Origin: an uncultured Rhodobacterales bacterium
Lineage (GTDB): Bacteria; Pseudomonadota; Alphaproteobacteria; Rhodobacterales; Rhodobacteraceae
DNA length: 60,444 nt
Direction: 5' to 3'
NCBI GenBank assembly: GCA_964642935.1
Contig: CAZXRG010000001.1
Span: 1 to 60,444 of the forward strand
The notes under the pieces are model-generated. The model worked only from the letters and a program-made list of their open reading frames with translations, ran no database searches and was not told where the DNA came from. Shown piece by piece: positions 53,067 through 60,444 of the stretch. The position numbers and the translations under genes were made by a program. Each line of letters opens with the position of its first letter. The first letter of the stretch is position 1.

Positions 53067-54629
53067 ATGGATTTCGATCTTAAATTCTATCTTTCGCTCT
53101 TTGTGCGACGACTTCCACTATTTCTGTTTGTGTGGATCGTCGTTGCCTCGATTGGTGTCGCTGTGGCGTTCATGTTGCCAGCCCAATATCGCTCAACCGC
53201 GTCCATTCTTGTGGAAAGCGAACAGATTCAAGGGTCGACCGTAAATCTTAGCGCCAATGAGCAAATCCAAATTGTTCAACAGCGCATGATGACCCGAGAC
53301 AACCTGCTTGAAATCGAAGAGGAGTATAACGTTTATCGCAATTCTCCAAACCTGTCTCCGACAGAGGTGGTGGATAACATGTCTGCCGATACGCAGTTCA
53401 AGCAACTGCAATTGGGCGGCCGGCGTCCGGCGCGGGGTACGGTAAATGCAACCGCCTTTACAATCTCTTTCACCGCACGCTCCGGGCCAATGGCCGCGCG
53501 GGTTGCCAACCGATTGGTCACCCAGATCCTGGAGCTGAATGCGGATACCCGGATTGATACAGCAGATTCTCAGGTGCGCTTTTACCAGCAGGAAGAGACC
53601 CGGTTGAACAATGAGTTGACTACGCTGGAAAACCGGATTTCCAACTTCAAAACCAAAAATCAGAACAGTCTGCCGACCCTGCTGAGCTTTAATCAGGAGC
53701 AGCTTTTGGCCCTGCGAGCCAATCTGACAAATGTTGAAGAAGAGGAGCGCACGCTCAATGATCAGCGCAATCAAATGGTGCGGGCGATCGAAAACCCGGA
53801 ACTGATCCCCACTGAGGAAATTCAAGTATCACCTCAGGAACGCCAGTTGGCGACGCTCAAAGCAGAGCGCGACACTCTGCGCCTGACCTATTCAGAAACG
53901 CATCCCAAAGTGCGCGCTATTGATGCGCAAATCAAAGGGCTAGAGGCAAGTATCGGCCCTGGGGCTGATGGCGAAGGGCTTCTGGATCTACGCGTCTCAC
54001 GCATGGAACTGGCACTTGAGCAATTGGACAGCCGCTTTTTGCTCCTGCGCAACCAGCGTGACAGGTTGCTTGAAAACATTGGTGAGCTGGAAGAATCAAT
54101 CAGCATCACACCCCGTACTGAGGCTGGTTTGAATGTGATGGAGCGCCAGTATGAATCGCTCAAAAGCCAGTACAGTGCCAATGCCGCCAATTTGGCCGGC
54201 GCCAAAACCGGCCAGGCCATTGAAGCAGGTGGTAAGGGTGAGCGCTTTTCTGTGATTGAACAGGCGTCTGTGCCCGATGCCCCGGAAAGCCCGGACCGGC
54301 CTCTGATTGCGGTTGCTGGTGTCGGTGGTGGCTTGGGTTTGGCCTTTGGTTTGGTGGTGTTGCTTGAATTGCTCAACCGCTCGATCCGCCGCCCGGCTGA
54401 TTTGGTGAATGGTTTGGGTCTGCAGCCTTTTGCGACCATTCCCTACATCACCACCACACGCGAAACCCGTCGCAAACAGTTGAGCATGGTGGCCACATTG
54501 GCAATGATTGCCGTGGCAATACCAGCCGTGCTTTACGCCATACATTATTATTACCAACCGCTGGATCTGTTGATCAAGCGGGTCACGGACAAGTTGGGCA
54601 TTGATGCTCTGCTTGCCCTGTTTTCCTGA
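53067..54629 (+). CDS. Polysaccharide chain-length determinant (PCP / GumC-Wzz family)
   Basis: 520 aa. N-terminal TM followed by the Wzz motif (FMLPAQYRSTASILVE), a long coiled-coil periplasmic region, and a C-terminal Pro/Gly-rich TM (PDRPLIAVAGVGGGLGLAFGLVVLLE). Confidence 0.85.
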   Translation: MDFDLKFYLSLFVRRLPLFLFVWIVVASIGVAVAFMLPAQYRSTASILVESEQIQGSTVNLSANEQIQIVQQRMMTRDNLLEIEEEYNVYRNSPNLSPTEVVDNMSADTQFKQLQLGGRRPARGTVNATAFTISFTARSGPMAARVANRLVTQILELNADTRIDTADSQVRFYQQEETRLNNELTTLENRISNFKTKNQNSLPTLLSFNQEQLLALRANLTNVEEEERTLNDQRNQMVRAIENPELIPTEEIQVSPQERQLATLKAERDTLRLTYSETHPKVRAIDAQIKGLEASIGPGADGEGLLDLRVSRMELALEQLDSRFLLLRNQRDRLLENIGELEESISITPRTEAGLNVMERQYESLKSQYSANAANLAGAKTGQAIEAGGKGERFSVIEQASVPDAPESPDRPLIAVAGVGGGLGLAFGLVVLLELLNRSIRRPADLVNGLGLQPFATIPYITTTRETRRKQLSMVATLAMIAVAIPAVLYAIHYYYQPLDLLIKRVTDKLGIDALLALFS

Positions 54630-54654
54630 TCACGCTCGCCGGAGACCCTAGCTT

Positions 54655-55554
54655 ATGGAACGCATCCGTTCAGCCATCCAAAAGGCCAAAGTAGCCCGCG
54701 AAGCCATGGGGCTTGCGGACGGGCATGAACCGCAGTTCCGCTCGCGTGAGGAACGGCTGGCCGAAGGGGCACATTCTGAAAACGGTGCCCCGGCGCCTGC
54801 AGGCTCAGGGCCTCAGCCCCAGCTTGCAGACACACCGGGGGCTTTGCCTGCGAGCTGGGGCGCACTTGAAATATTTGAGCCCAAGCCAAAGCTGATGACC
54901 CAGAACCGCATTGTCAGCTTTGACCAAAAAGACACAAGCTATGTCTCCTTTGATATGATGCGCACCAAGGTGCTTTCGGCGTGCCGCGCCAACAAATGGA
55001 AGACCATCGCAATCACCTCGCCCACGCCGGAATGTGGGAAAACACTGACATCTGTCAATCTTGCCTTCTCGCTGGCGCGTCAGAAAGATGCGCGCACAGT
55101 CCTGATGGATCTTGACTTGCGCCGGCCCATGATCGCAGAAGTTCTGGGCATTTCAGCGCCCCACTCCATGGGCCGCTTTTTGGAGGGCGAGGATCCGGTA
55201 GACAGCCATTTCCTGCGCTACAATGATACGCTGGCCATTGGGTCAAACAATCGCCGCACGCTGCACTCTGCTGAGATCCTGCAAGATAGCAAAGCCGCAG
55301 ATGCCATGGCGCTTTTGAACAAGACGCTCAATCCTGACATCATCCTGGTTGATCTGCCACCCATGATGGCGGCCGATGATGTAATGGCGTTTTTGCCGAA
55401 TGTTGATGCGGTGCTCTTGGTTGCCTCTGCGGGAACTACAGTGCTGCGCGATGTGGATGACTGCGAGCGCGAGCTTGCAGAACGCACCGAAGTGATGGGT
55501 GTCATCCTCAACAAATGCCGCTTCAACAATGAGGTATATGCATACGGTTACTAA
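54655..55554 (+). CDS. BY-kinase-like (CpsD/CapB, MinD/ParA-fold) ATPase with short C-terminal Tyr cluster
   Basis: 299 aa. Walker A is ITSPTPECGKTLTSVNLA, Walker A' is VLMDLDLRRP and Walker B is IILVDLPP. The last seven residues are VYAYGY. Confidence 0.8.
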   Translation: MERIRSAIQKAKVAREAMGLADGHEPQFRSREERLAEGAHSENGAPAPAGSGPQPQLADTPGALPASWGALEIFEPKPKLMTQNRIVSFDQKDTSYVSFDMMRTKVLSACRANKWKTIAITSPTPECGKTLTSVNLAFSLARQKDARTVLMDLDLRRPMIAEVLGISAPHSMGRFLEGEDPVDSHFLRYNDTLAIGSNNRRTLHSAEILQDSKAADAMALLNKTLNPDIILVDLPPMMAADDVMAFLPNVDAVLLVASAGTTVLRDVDDCERELAERTEVMGVILNKCRFNNEVYAYGY

Positions 55555-55696
55555 TCCGGAGATCCAGGGACGCGTTTAAGTTGTGTCACACAACACACAG
55601 CAAGGCGCGGGGTTCGGACGAACACCAAGAAACGCTGCGGGGATCATAGACTAGGGATTATACTTGGTTCCGCAGCATTACCGGGAAGAAGAACTC

Positions 55697-56662
55697 ATGA
55701 AACTCTCAAACCCAAAGAGCTTGGCTGCTCTTGCGCTTGGCACGGCCCTTGCAGGATGTGGTGGTGGTGGAACCACAACGACATTTATCGGTCAAATTCA
55801 GGCAAACGGCCTGCCTTATGCCACCAATCAAACCGTGCAGACCTCGACATTGGCGCAAGCTGATAGCATTTCAGCGGGTAACAGCCGTGTGGCCTTTGCA
55901 AGCGGAACCGTCCTGAGCGGTGGTAGCAGCGCAGTGAGCTTTGAGGTTGTGGATGCAACCACGATTATTCTGACCTCAGGCAGCAATACCTGGCGCCTTA
56001 TAAACACAGGCTCTCAAGGCGGGAATGTTGATATCTGGCGTGCAGAGCGAAATGTAAACGGGAATCCAAGCAATCTAACTGCGACTTTTGGCCAGTATGA
56101 TCAAAGTAATCCCAATTCCTTTCAAAGCATCTTCTTTGGCAATATCCAAGAGCTGCCCATTGTTGTGATCAGTGGCGCCACTCTGACCGGCAATACCTTT
56201 GCCATCAGCGGCTTTGAAACAAATCCCACTGAAGTTGACGCCCTCTCTGCAACCGCCACCTACACAGGCGCAGCAATCATCACCAGCGACGAAACCAACG
56301 CGTCTGGGCCGCGGCTACTGATGGATAGCGGCACAATGAATGTGAATGTCAATTACAGTAACGGTAACGACAACACAGTCACAGGCACGCTTCAGGGCGC
56401 AGCAAGTGGCTTTGGCGGGGGCAACCTCGTGCTGGACCTGACACAAACAGACATCCGCTCCAATACAAACACCTTCACCACATCCTTTAGCAGATCCTCC
56501 ACCAGCACCAGCACTGGTGTGACGGGTATGTCAGGGACATTGACTGGCACGCTTTATGGTGCTGATGCCGCAGAGATGGGCATTCTGCTCAGCGGCACCG
56601 CTCAGACATCAAGCAATGGAAATGTAGATGCTGCAGGGTATGCGCTCGGGAAGAAGCAATAA
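55697..56662 (+). CDS. Surface lipoprotein with TbpB-like (transferrin-binding-protein-like) C-terminal beta-barrel domain
   Basis: The ATG at 55697 gives MKLSNPKSLAALALGTALAGCGGGG (lipobox LAGC). The C-terminal pattern ATYTGAA...GTMNVNVNY...VTGTLQG...GTLYGADAAEMGILLSG...AAGYALGKKQ follows the ATY.G...G...V.F...G.I...G.FYGP.A.E.GG.F...GAFGA.KQ handle-barrel signature. Confidence 0.6.
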   Translation: MKLSNPKSLAALALGTALAGCGGGGTTTTFIGQIQANGLPYATNQTVQTSTLAQADSISAGNSRVAFASGTVLSGGSSAVSFEVVDATTIILTSGSNTWRLINTGSQGGNVDIWRAERNVNGNPSNLTATFGQYDQSNPNSFQSIFFGNIQELPIVVISGATLTGNTFAISGFETNPTEVDALSATATYTGAAIITSDETNASGPRLLMDSGTMNVNVNYSNGNDNTVTGTLQGAASGFGGGNLVLDLTQTDIRSNTNTFTTSFSRSSTSTSTGVTGMSGTLTGTLYGADAAEMGILLSGTAQTSSNGNVDAAGYALGKKQ

Positions 56663-56697
56663 GCTCAGGGCGAGACATCCTTCCATAAAATCACAAC

Positions 56698-56729
56698 AAA
56701 CGCCTGCATTCAGAATGTGGGCGTTTTTT
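56698..56729 (+). terminator. Rho-independent terminator after the lipoprotein gene
   Basis: AAACGCCTGCATTC-A-GAATGTGGGCGTTT hairpin (G-T wobble included) followed by a T run (GGGCGTTTTTTA). Confidence 0.6.
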
Positions 56730-56794
56730 ATGTGCGCGATTTGAAGGGAATTAAGGCGTTTCTAGAAGTGCTCTAGGATAGGTGGCACCAGCCC

Positions 56795-56829
56795 CCAAAA
56801 TGCAAAACGCCCCCCAATTGGGAGGCGTT
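56795..56829 (-). terminator. Probable terminator after the VPLPA-CTERM gene
   Basis: On the minus strand, AACGCCTCCC-AATT-GGGGGGCGTT (one mismatch) is followed by TTTGCATTTTG. It lies 38 nt downstream of the stop at 56867. Confidence 0.5.
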
Positions 56830-56866
56830 CGCTATTTTTATATCACCCTTGAAAAGGGCGGTTCGC

Positions 56867-57394
56867 TTATGCCTTGCGGCGTGCGAAACCCAGACCAGCA
56901 AGTGCTGTGCCCAGAAGCAGAACACCAGCTGGCAGTGGAACCGCAGCGATGGATACTTCGTAGTCAAAGCCAGCAAACTTTGTGGACGCATCCCAAGAGA
57001 ATGTCAGCTCCTGTGGGTTTGTCGCAGCAGTGAATGTTGTGAAGAGGTCAAAGACCTCGCCAGGCAACAGGTTAAAACCAGCGTCAGTTACCTGAACTGA
57101 GTCACCGTTTTCCCAAGATGCTACCAAGTTCTGGAATGTACCAGAAACTTCTTCTCCGATTGTCACATGTGCAAGGCCATCAGTTGGCACGCTGCATGAT
57201 TCAAAAGATGCGGTGTAGGTACCGGCAGTGCCATCGCCGAAAACGATGCCAGTGTAGACATCAGAACCACAAGCACCAAGGCTCAAAGTTCCAGCAGGAC
57301 CAGTGCTGCTGGGCTCAATTGGTGTGGTTACTGCGTTTGCTGCAAACGGTGCAGCGGCGATAGTCGCAGCGAATGCGATAGTTGTAAGTTTCAT
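56867..57394 (-). CDS. Secreted protein with VPLPA-CTERM exosortase sorting domain
   Basis: The ATG at 57394 (AAGGGG SD) gives the signal peptide MKLTTIAFAATIAAAPFAANA. The C-terminus AAVPLPAGVLLLGTALAGLGFARRKA is a VPLPA motif, a TM helix and a basic cluster. Confidence 0.8.
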   Translation of the reverse strand: MKLTTIAFAATIAAAPFAANAVTTPIEPSSTGPAGTLSLGACGSDVYTGIVFGDGTAGTYTASFESCSVPTDGLAHVTIGEEVSGTFQNLVASWENGDSVQVTDAGFNLLPGEVFDLFTTFTAATNPQELTFSWDASTKFAGFDYEVSIAAVPLPAGVLLLGTALAGLGFARRKA

Positions 57395-57551
57395 TTTCAG
57401 CCCCTTAGTCAAGCTACAGAAGTACACTTTATAACACGATACACGAGGCAACTTGCCCCTGATCTGAGTTCGTTATACCGAGAGGGTCTCTAAAAATCCA
57501 ATCAAATTTGGCCCGTATTGTGTCAAACATGCGCATAATCGTGATATTTCC

Positions 57552-57585
57552 GCCTCAATTTAGGCGCGCTGGCCGAAATTTAGGC
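57552..57585. promoter_or_regulatory. Two 14-bp near-palindromes (GCCTCAATTTAGGC, GCCGAAATTTAGGC) spaced 20 bp apart; candidate parS/centromere
   Basis: Read directly. Each differs at one position from the perfect palindrome GCCTAAATTTAGGC. They lie 67-100 bp downstream of the parB stop. A half-site copy GAAATTTAGG recurs at 60167-60176, upstream of parA. Confidence 0.4.
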
Positions 57586-57651
57586 AGAAAGCGAACGGAG
57601 TTAGTAGAATCACCTAAGAGCGCCAAAATGAGCGTCAATAAATACCTGTTT

Positions 57652-58653
57652 TTAAGTGTAATTTTCACTTTTCCGCAGTGCTTCGGTCAATATTTCTGAG
57701 AGTTTATGCTGCAAGGCCTCATCTGCCTCAGCCCCTTCAAAGGCAAAACTGAAGCCGGTCTGAGAGGTTTTTGTGCTCAAAACCAGCCCCTCTTGCTCTA
57801 TCAGAACTGCTTTGTCTTTGCCCGATTGTTGCCTTGCTTGTTTCGGTTTGCTGAGCGCCTTGAGCAGAATTGTGGCCTCAGCCTCAGCGGTTGCAGGTTT
57901 GGCAGCTGTGAGGGCGGCGCGCAGGGCAGCTTCTTTCCCGTTTTTCAAACCTTCGGCAAGTTTCAGTCCCAAACGTTCGGACAAGGCGGTTGGAAAGCTG
58001 AGCACATCCTCAAGGCTGGCATGGATACGCAAGAAGGATCGGATTTTAGAGCGGCGCGCGCGGGAGCCTGCTGCAAAGAGCGTGTTCACTGCGTCTTCAG
58101 GTGTGGCGAATGCGCCTTGAGCAGCAGCACGCGCTGCCACACGGGCGCGCTCATAATAGCTGAGCCCGGCGCGGATCTCGTTTTCTTCGACCATAGCGAT
58201 ATAAGCTTCAGCGCGATCTGAGGGCGTGCGGATGATCGCGGAAATTTTGCCAAAGCGCTCCTCGCCGGTTTGCGTGAGCAGCGCCTTGAGCGCGGTGAGC
58301 CTGCGCCAACCGGAAATCAAACCAAAGCGCCCCTGCCCCAGATCCTCCACCTCAATGGCGGTGCGCTGGCCATGAGCCAAGAGACTGCTCATCAGCGCTT
58401 CCATCTCCGGCTCTGCCACCCCAAGGCGGTCGCGCATCAGGTGGCTTTCCTCGATGGCTTCAAGCGGGAGGGCAACGATCAGGCGGCCCTCAGCGCGGGC
58501 CACACCCATTTGATCCTCTAGGTCGCGCGCCGCTGAAAAGGCCGCTGAGGCGCCTGCGACTTGGGCAATGGGCGGGGCCAGACCCGGGTTGGCGGATTTG
58601 GTTTCCAGCCCTTGGGGCATATTGGCGGGGGTGAGACGTTTGCGCTTGGCCAT
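57652..58653 (-). CDS. parB: ParB/RepB-type plasmid partition protein
   Basis: The ATG at 58653 lies 4 nt after the parA stop. The ParB N-terminal domain is present (LIVALPLEAIEESHLMRDR...GQRTAIEV...RFGLISGWRRLTALK). Confidence 0.85.
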   Translation of the reverse strand: MAKRKRLTPANMPQGLETKSANPGLAPPIAQVAGASAAFSAARDLEDQMGVARAEGRLIVALPLEAIEESHLMRDRLGVAEPEMEALMSSLLAHGQRTAIEVEDLGQGRFGLISGWRRLTALKALLTQTGEERFGKISAIIRTPSDRAEAYIAMVEENEIRAGLSYYERARVAARAAAQGAFATPEDAVNTLFAAGSRARRSKIRSFLRIHASLEDVLSFPTALSERLGLKLAEGLKNGKEAALRAALTAAKPATAEAEATILLKALSKPKQARQQSGKDKAVLIEQEGLVLSTKTSQTGFSFAFEGAEADEALQHKLSEILTEALRKSENYT

Positions 58654-58657
58654 GAGC

Positions 58658-60046
58658 TTATGCCACCGACTGATTTTGTTGATCTGCAAGATCGCGCGCG
58701 TCCCGCGCCCAAGTCCCGATCAGCAGCTTTTTGAATTCTGCATAAGTGGCATCAAAGGTTTCGCGCCCCCTGATATAGGTATCGCGATTGAAGTCGCGGT
58801 AATCCGCTTCGTAGATCCCAGCGACTTGTTCGCCGGCCTGACCAATCAGGGCTGTCATGTCCTGGCGATAGGCGGTCATGAAATCCCCCATATAGGCCTG
58901 GATGAGATTGGCCAGCTCAGTTTGCTGAGCGCTGTCAAAGCGAGTGATGACCGCGCGCACTGCATCCCATTCAAAGGCCAGCTCTGGTTGGCCAAGGGCG
59001 CGGGCAGCGATGTTTTCTCCCTCTTCAATGGAGCGGAAGGTGGAATGGAGCATGTCGAAAAACCGCCCCGTGCTGTCAAACTCAAGGAAGGACGCGCCAA
59101 GAGGCACCAGCAGGATATCAGCCGCGGCCAGACCATTGATGGTGAGATACCCAAGGGCTGGCGGGGTATCGAGCAGGATGACATCATATTCATCAAGCAA
59201 GCCATCGCGCTCAAAAGCGTTGGTGAGCGCGTCCCACAGCTTCCAGCTTTTGAGGCCAAGCCGCCAGACCGGGATCTGAAACTCTGCCCAGTAGAGATTG
59301 AGCTGGGCGCCAATCAGATCAATATTGGGCCAGTGGGTTTTCTGCACGATGTCCTTGGCGGTGATATCCAACGCGTGGGTCAGAGTTTCATCGAGCGGAA
59401 TATGCGCCTCCCCCCTGCCCTCGCGGGCGCGGTTCTCAGCTTGCAGGCTGGTCGCGTAATCCCGGGCCACCAGCGGAAAGACCGTGGACCACTCATCTTC
59501 CACCTGCCCACCAAAAATCGAGGTCATGGAGCCTTGGCTGTCCAGATCCACCACCAGCACCTTGTAGCCATCAAGCGCTGCTGACATGGCCAGATGCGCC
59601 GCCGTTGAGGTTTTTCCCACGCCGCCTTTGAAATTGGCCACTGCCGCGATCTTGGCGGGGAGACCTTTGGGGCGGTAGGGCGTGTATTCCTTGGAGCGGG
59701 ATCCCTCGGCGGCAAAATGAGCCCGAAGACGCAGCACCTCATCAAGGGTGAACCACTTGGCCCCTCCCTCAGTTTCAGAAACCCCTTGAGGCAAATGCGG
59801 ATTGGCTTTGAGCACGCGGCGAAAATGGGCCGTGGCAATGGGAATAAGATAGCGGGTGATTTCCCATGTGGAAAAACGGCGCAGGCTTTTCGCGCCCCCT
59901 TCCGACAATCCGCGCCCCATCAGATCATCGCGCCCCTTGGTGCAAAGTTCGGCTGCGCGTGCAAAGCGATCCGTATTCACTGGGTTTCCCAAGCCAGCTT
60001 CGGCTGCCTCAGGCGTGATGTTGAAATAGGGAGGTGTCTGGGTCAT
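58658..60046 (-). CDS. parA: ParA/RepA-type plasmid partition ATPase with N-terminal HTH-containing extension
   Basis: 462 aa. Deviant Walker A is AVANFKGGVGKTSTAAHLA, followed by VLVVDLDSQGS and ILLDTPPALG. A ~130-aa N-terminal extension (RFSTWEITRYL...WFTLDEVLRLR) is typical of plasmid type Ia ParA/RepA proteins. Confidence 0.9.
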   Translation of the reverse strand: MTQTPPYFNITPEAAEAGLGNPVNTDRFARAAELCTKGRDDLMGRGLSEGGAKSLRRFSTWEITRYLIPIATAHFRRVLKANPHLPQGVSETEGGAKWFTLDEVLRLRAHFAAEGSRSKEYTPYRPKGLPAKIAAVANFKGGVGKTSTAAHLAMSAALDGYKVLVVDLDSQGSMTSIFGGQVEDEWSTVFPLVARDYATSLQAENRAREGRGEAHIPLDETLTHALDITAKDIVQKTHWPNIDLIGAQLNLYWAEFQIPVWRLGLKSWKLWDALTNAFERDGLLDEYDVILLDTPPALGYLTINGLAAADILLVPLGASFLEFDSTGRFFDMLHSTFRSIEEGENIAARALGQPELAFEWDAVRAVITRFDSAQQTELANLIQAYMGDFMTAYRQDMTALIGQAGEQVAGIYEADYRDFNRDTYIRGRETFDATYAEFKKLLIGTWARDARDLADQQNQSVA

Positions 60047-60067
60047 GTGCCTGCTCGCTTTGGCGCG

Positions 60068-60109
60068 ATATGCGCTCTTTTCACCAATATACCCAGATTA
60101 TGCGCATAT
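60068..60109. repeat. Inverted repeat ATATGCGC-N26-GCGCATAT in the parA promoter region (possible ParA operator)
   Basis: Read directly. The arms are at 60068-60075 and 60102-60109; the right arm is embedded in the palindrome ATGCGCAT. Located 22-63 bp upstream of the parA ATG. Confidence 0.3.
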
Positions 60110-60305
60110 GTAAGGTTTTTGTGTATTTAAAGCAGGAGATTCGCGCGAAATCGCTGATTTTACTCAGAAATTTAGGGCTGGCTGGGATCATGCCTGTTTT
60201 TTTGATGTGTTATATTTGTGTTATTATATAGTTATGAGCTGACCACGGTTTTTGTAGCTTGTTGTTTTAAAAGGATTTTAAGGCAATCTAAAACATCCAA
60301 GTGAA

Positions 60306-60371
60306 TCCGAACCCACGAAAAAGCGACTCTGATCCCACGGTTAAGCGATTCCAACCCCCCGAAAAAGGTCT
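60306..60371. repeat. Three tandem 22-bp iteron-like direct repeats
   Basis: The units are TCCGAACCCACGAAAAAGCGAC, TCTGATCCCACGGTTAAGCGAT and TCCAACCCCCCGAAAAAGGTCT. Unit 1 matches unit 2 at 16/22 positions and unit 3 at 15/22 by hand alignment. The phasing is exactly 22 bp. Confidence 0.5.
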
Positions 60372-60425
60372 TGGGGTTTCTTTTGGCTTTCCCTAGAGTG
60401 CGAGCGTAATGAAACCACGATAAAC

Positions 60426-60434
60426 TGTGGATAA
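60426..60434 (-). promoter_or_regulatory. Perfect DnaA box (TTATCCACA on the minus strand)
   Basis: TGTGGATAA is read directly at 60426-60434, 55 bp from the iteron-like repeats. Confidence 0.45.
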
Positions 60435-60444
60435 AAATCGAGCC

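Noticed and set aside
57652-60046. Classifying the partition operon as repABC
   Set aside because: No repC-like ORF follows the parB/repB gene. The next 200 bp are non-coding and are followed by the VPLPA-CTERM gene. The iteron-like repeats and DnaA box lie on the parA side, pointing to a separate replicase beyond the window.

Overview
This 60.4-kb window reads as part of an alphaproteobacterial (Rhodobacterales/roseobacter-type) plasmid or chromid. The left edge carries a zeta-like toxin / ParD-like antitoxin pair (167-1122). The right edge carries a parA-parB partition operon (57652-60046). That operon is flanked by two candidate parS palindromes, an operator-like inverted repeat, and an oriV-like stretch at 60190-60444 (AT-rich tract, three 22-bp phased iteron-like repeats, one perfect DnaA box). 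No repC follows parB, so the replicase probably lies beyond the right edge. Almost everything in between (about 1.3-57.4 kb) is one large surface-polysaccharide island. It encodes nucleotide-sugar supply: ugd, galE, glmS, glmM, a split rmlCB/rmlDA set, manC and an AlgD-like GDP-mannose dehydrogenase. It encodes Wzx/Wzy-type assembly: a flippase, a Wzy/ligase-like protein, two GT2 and one GT4. Decoration genes include two PAPS-type sulfotransferases, an ASST-like protein, an acyltransferase-3, a hexapeptide acyltransferase, an SGNH hydrolase, a NodB-type deacetylase, an ATP-grasp and a PHP protein. Export and control genes are of the PEP-CTERM/exosortase flavour: a PrsT-like TPR lipoprotein, a short OPX protein with a separate beta-barrel, an exosortase-EpsI fusion, an ExeA-like ATPase, a chain-length determinant, a BY-kinase-like ATPase and one VPLPA-CTERM cargo protein. 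Three unusual elements are embedded in the island. One is an RTX protein with a right-handed beta-helix (AlgE-like layout). One is an RTX animal-haem-peroxidase homologue. The third, which I consider most interesting, is a tightly coupled phage/GTA head-spike-like operon: an 85-aa spike-base-like protein, a 46-aa ORF and a 1751-aa beta-helix/FN3x3/esterase-like/LamG protein. An IS6-family transposase remnant marks a rearrangement scar at 3.4-4.8 kb. I recognised no rRNA, tRNA or CRISPR array. All calls come from reading the translations and from motif memory; no database search or computation was run. The ORF track shows M for GTG/TTG starts, so I re-picked several start codons by inspecting the DNA.
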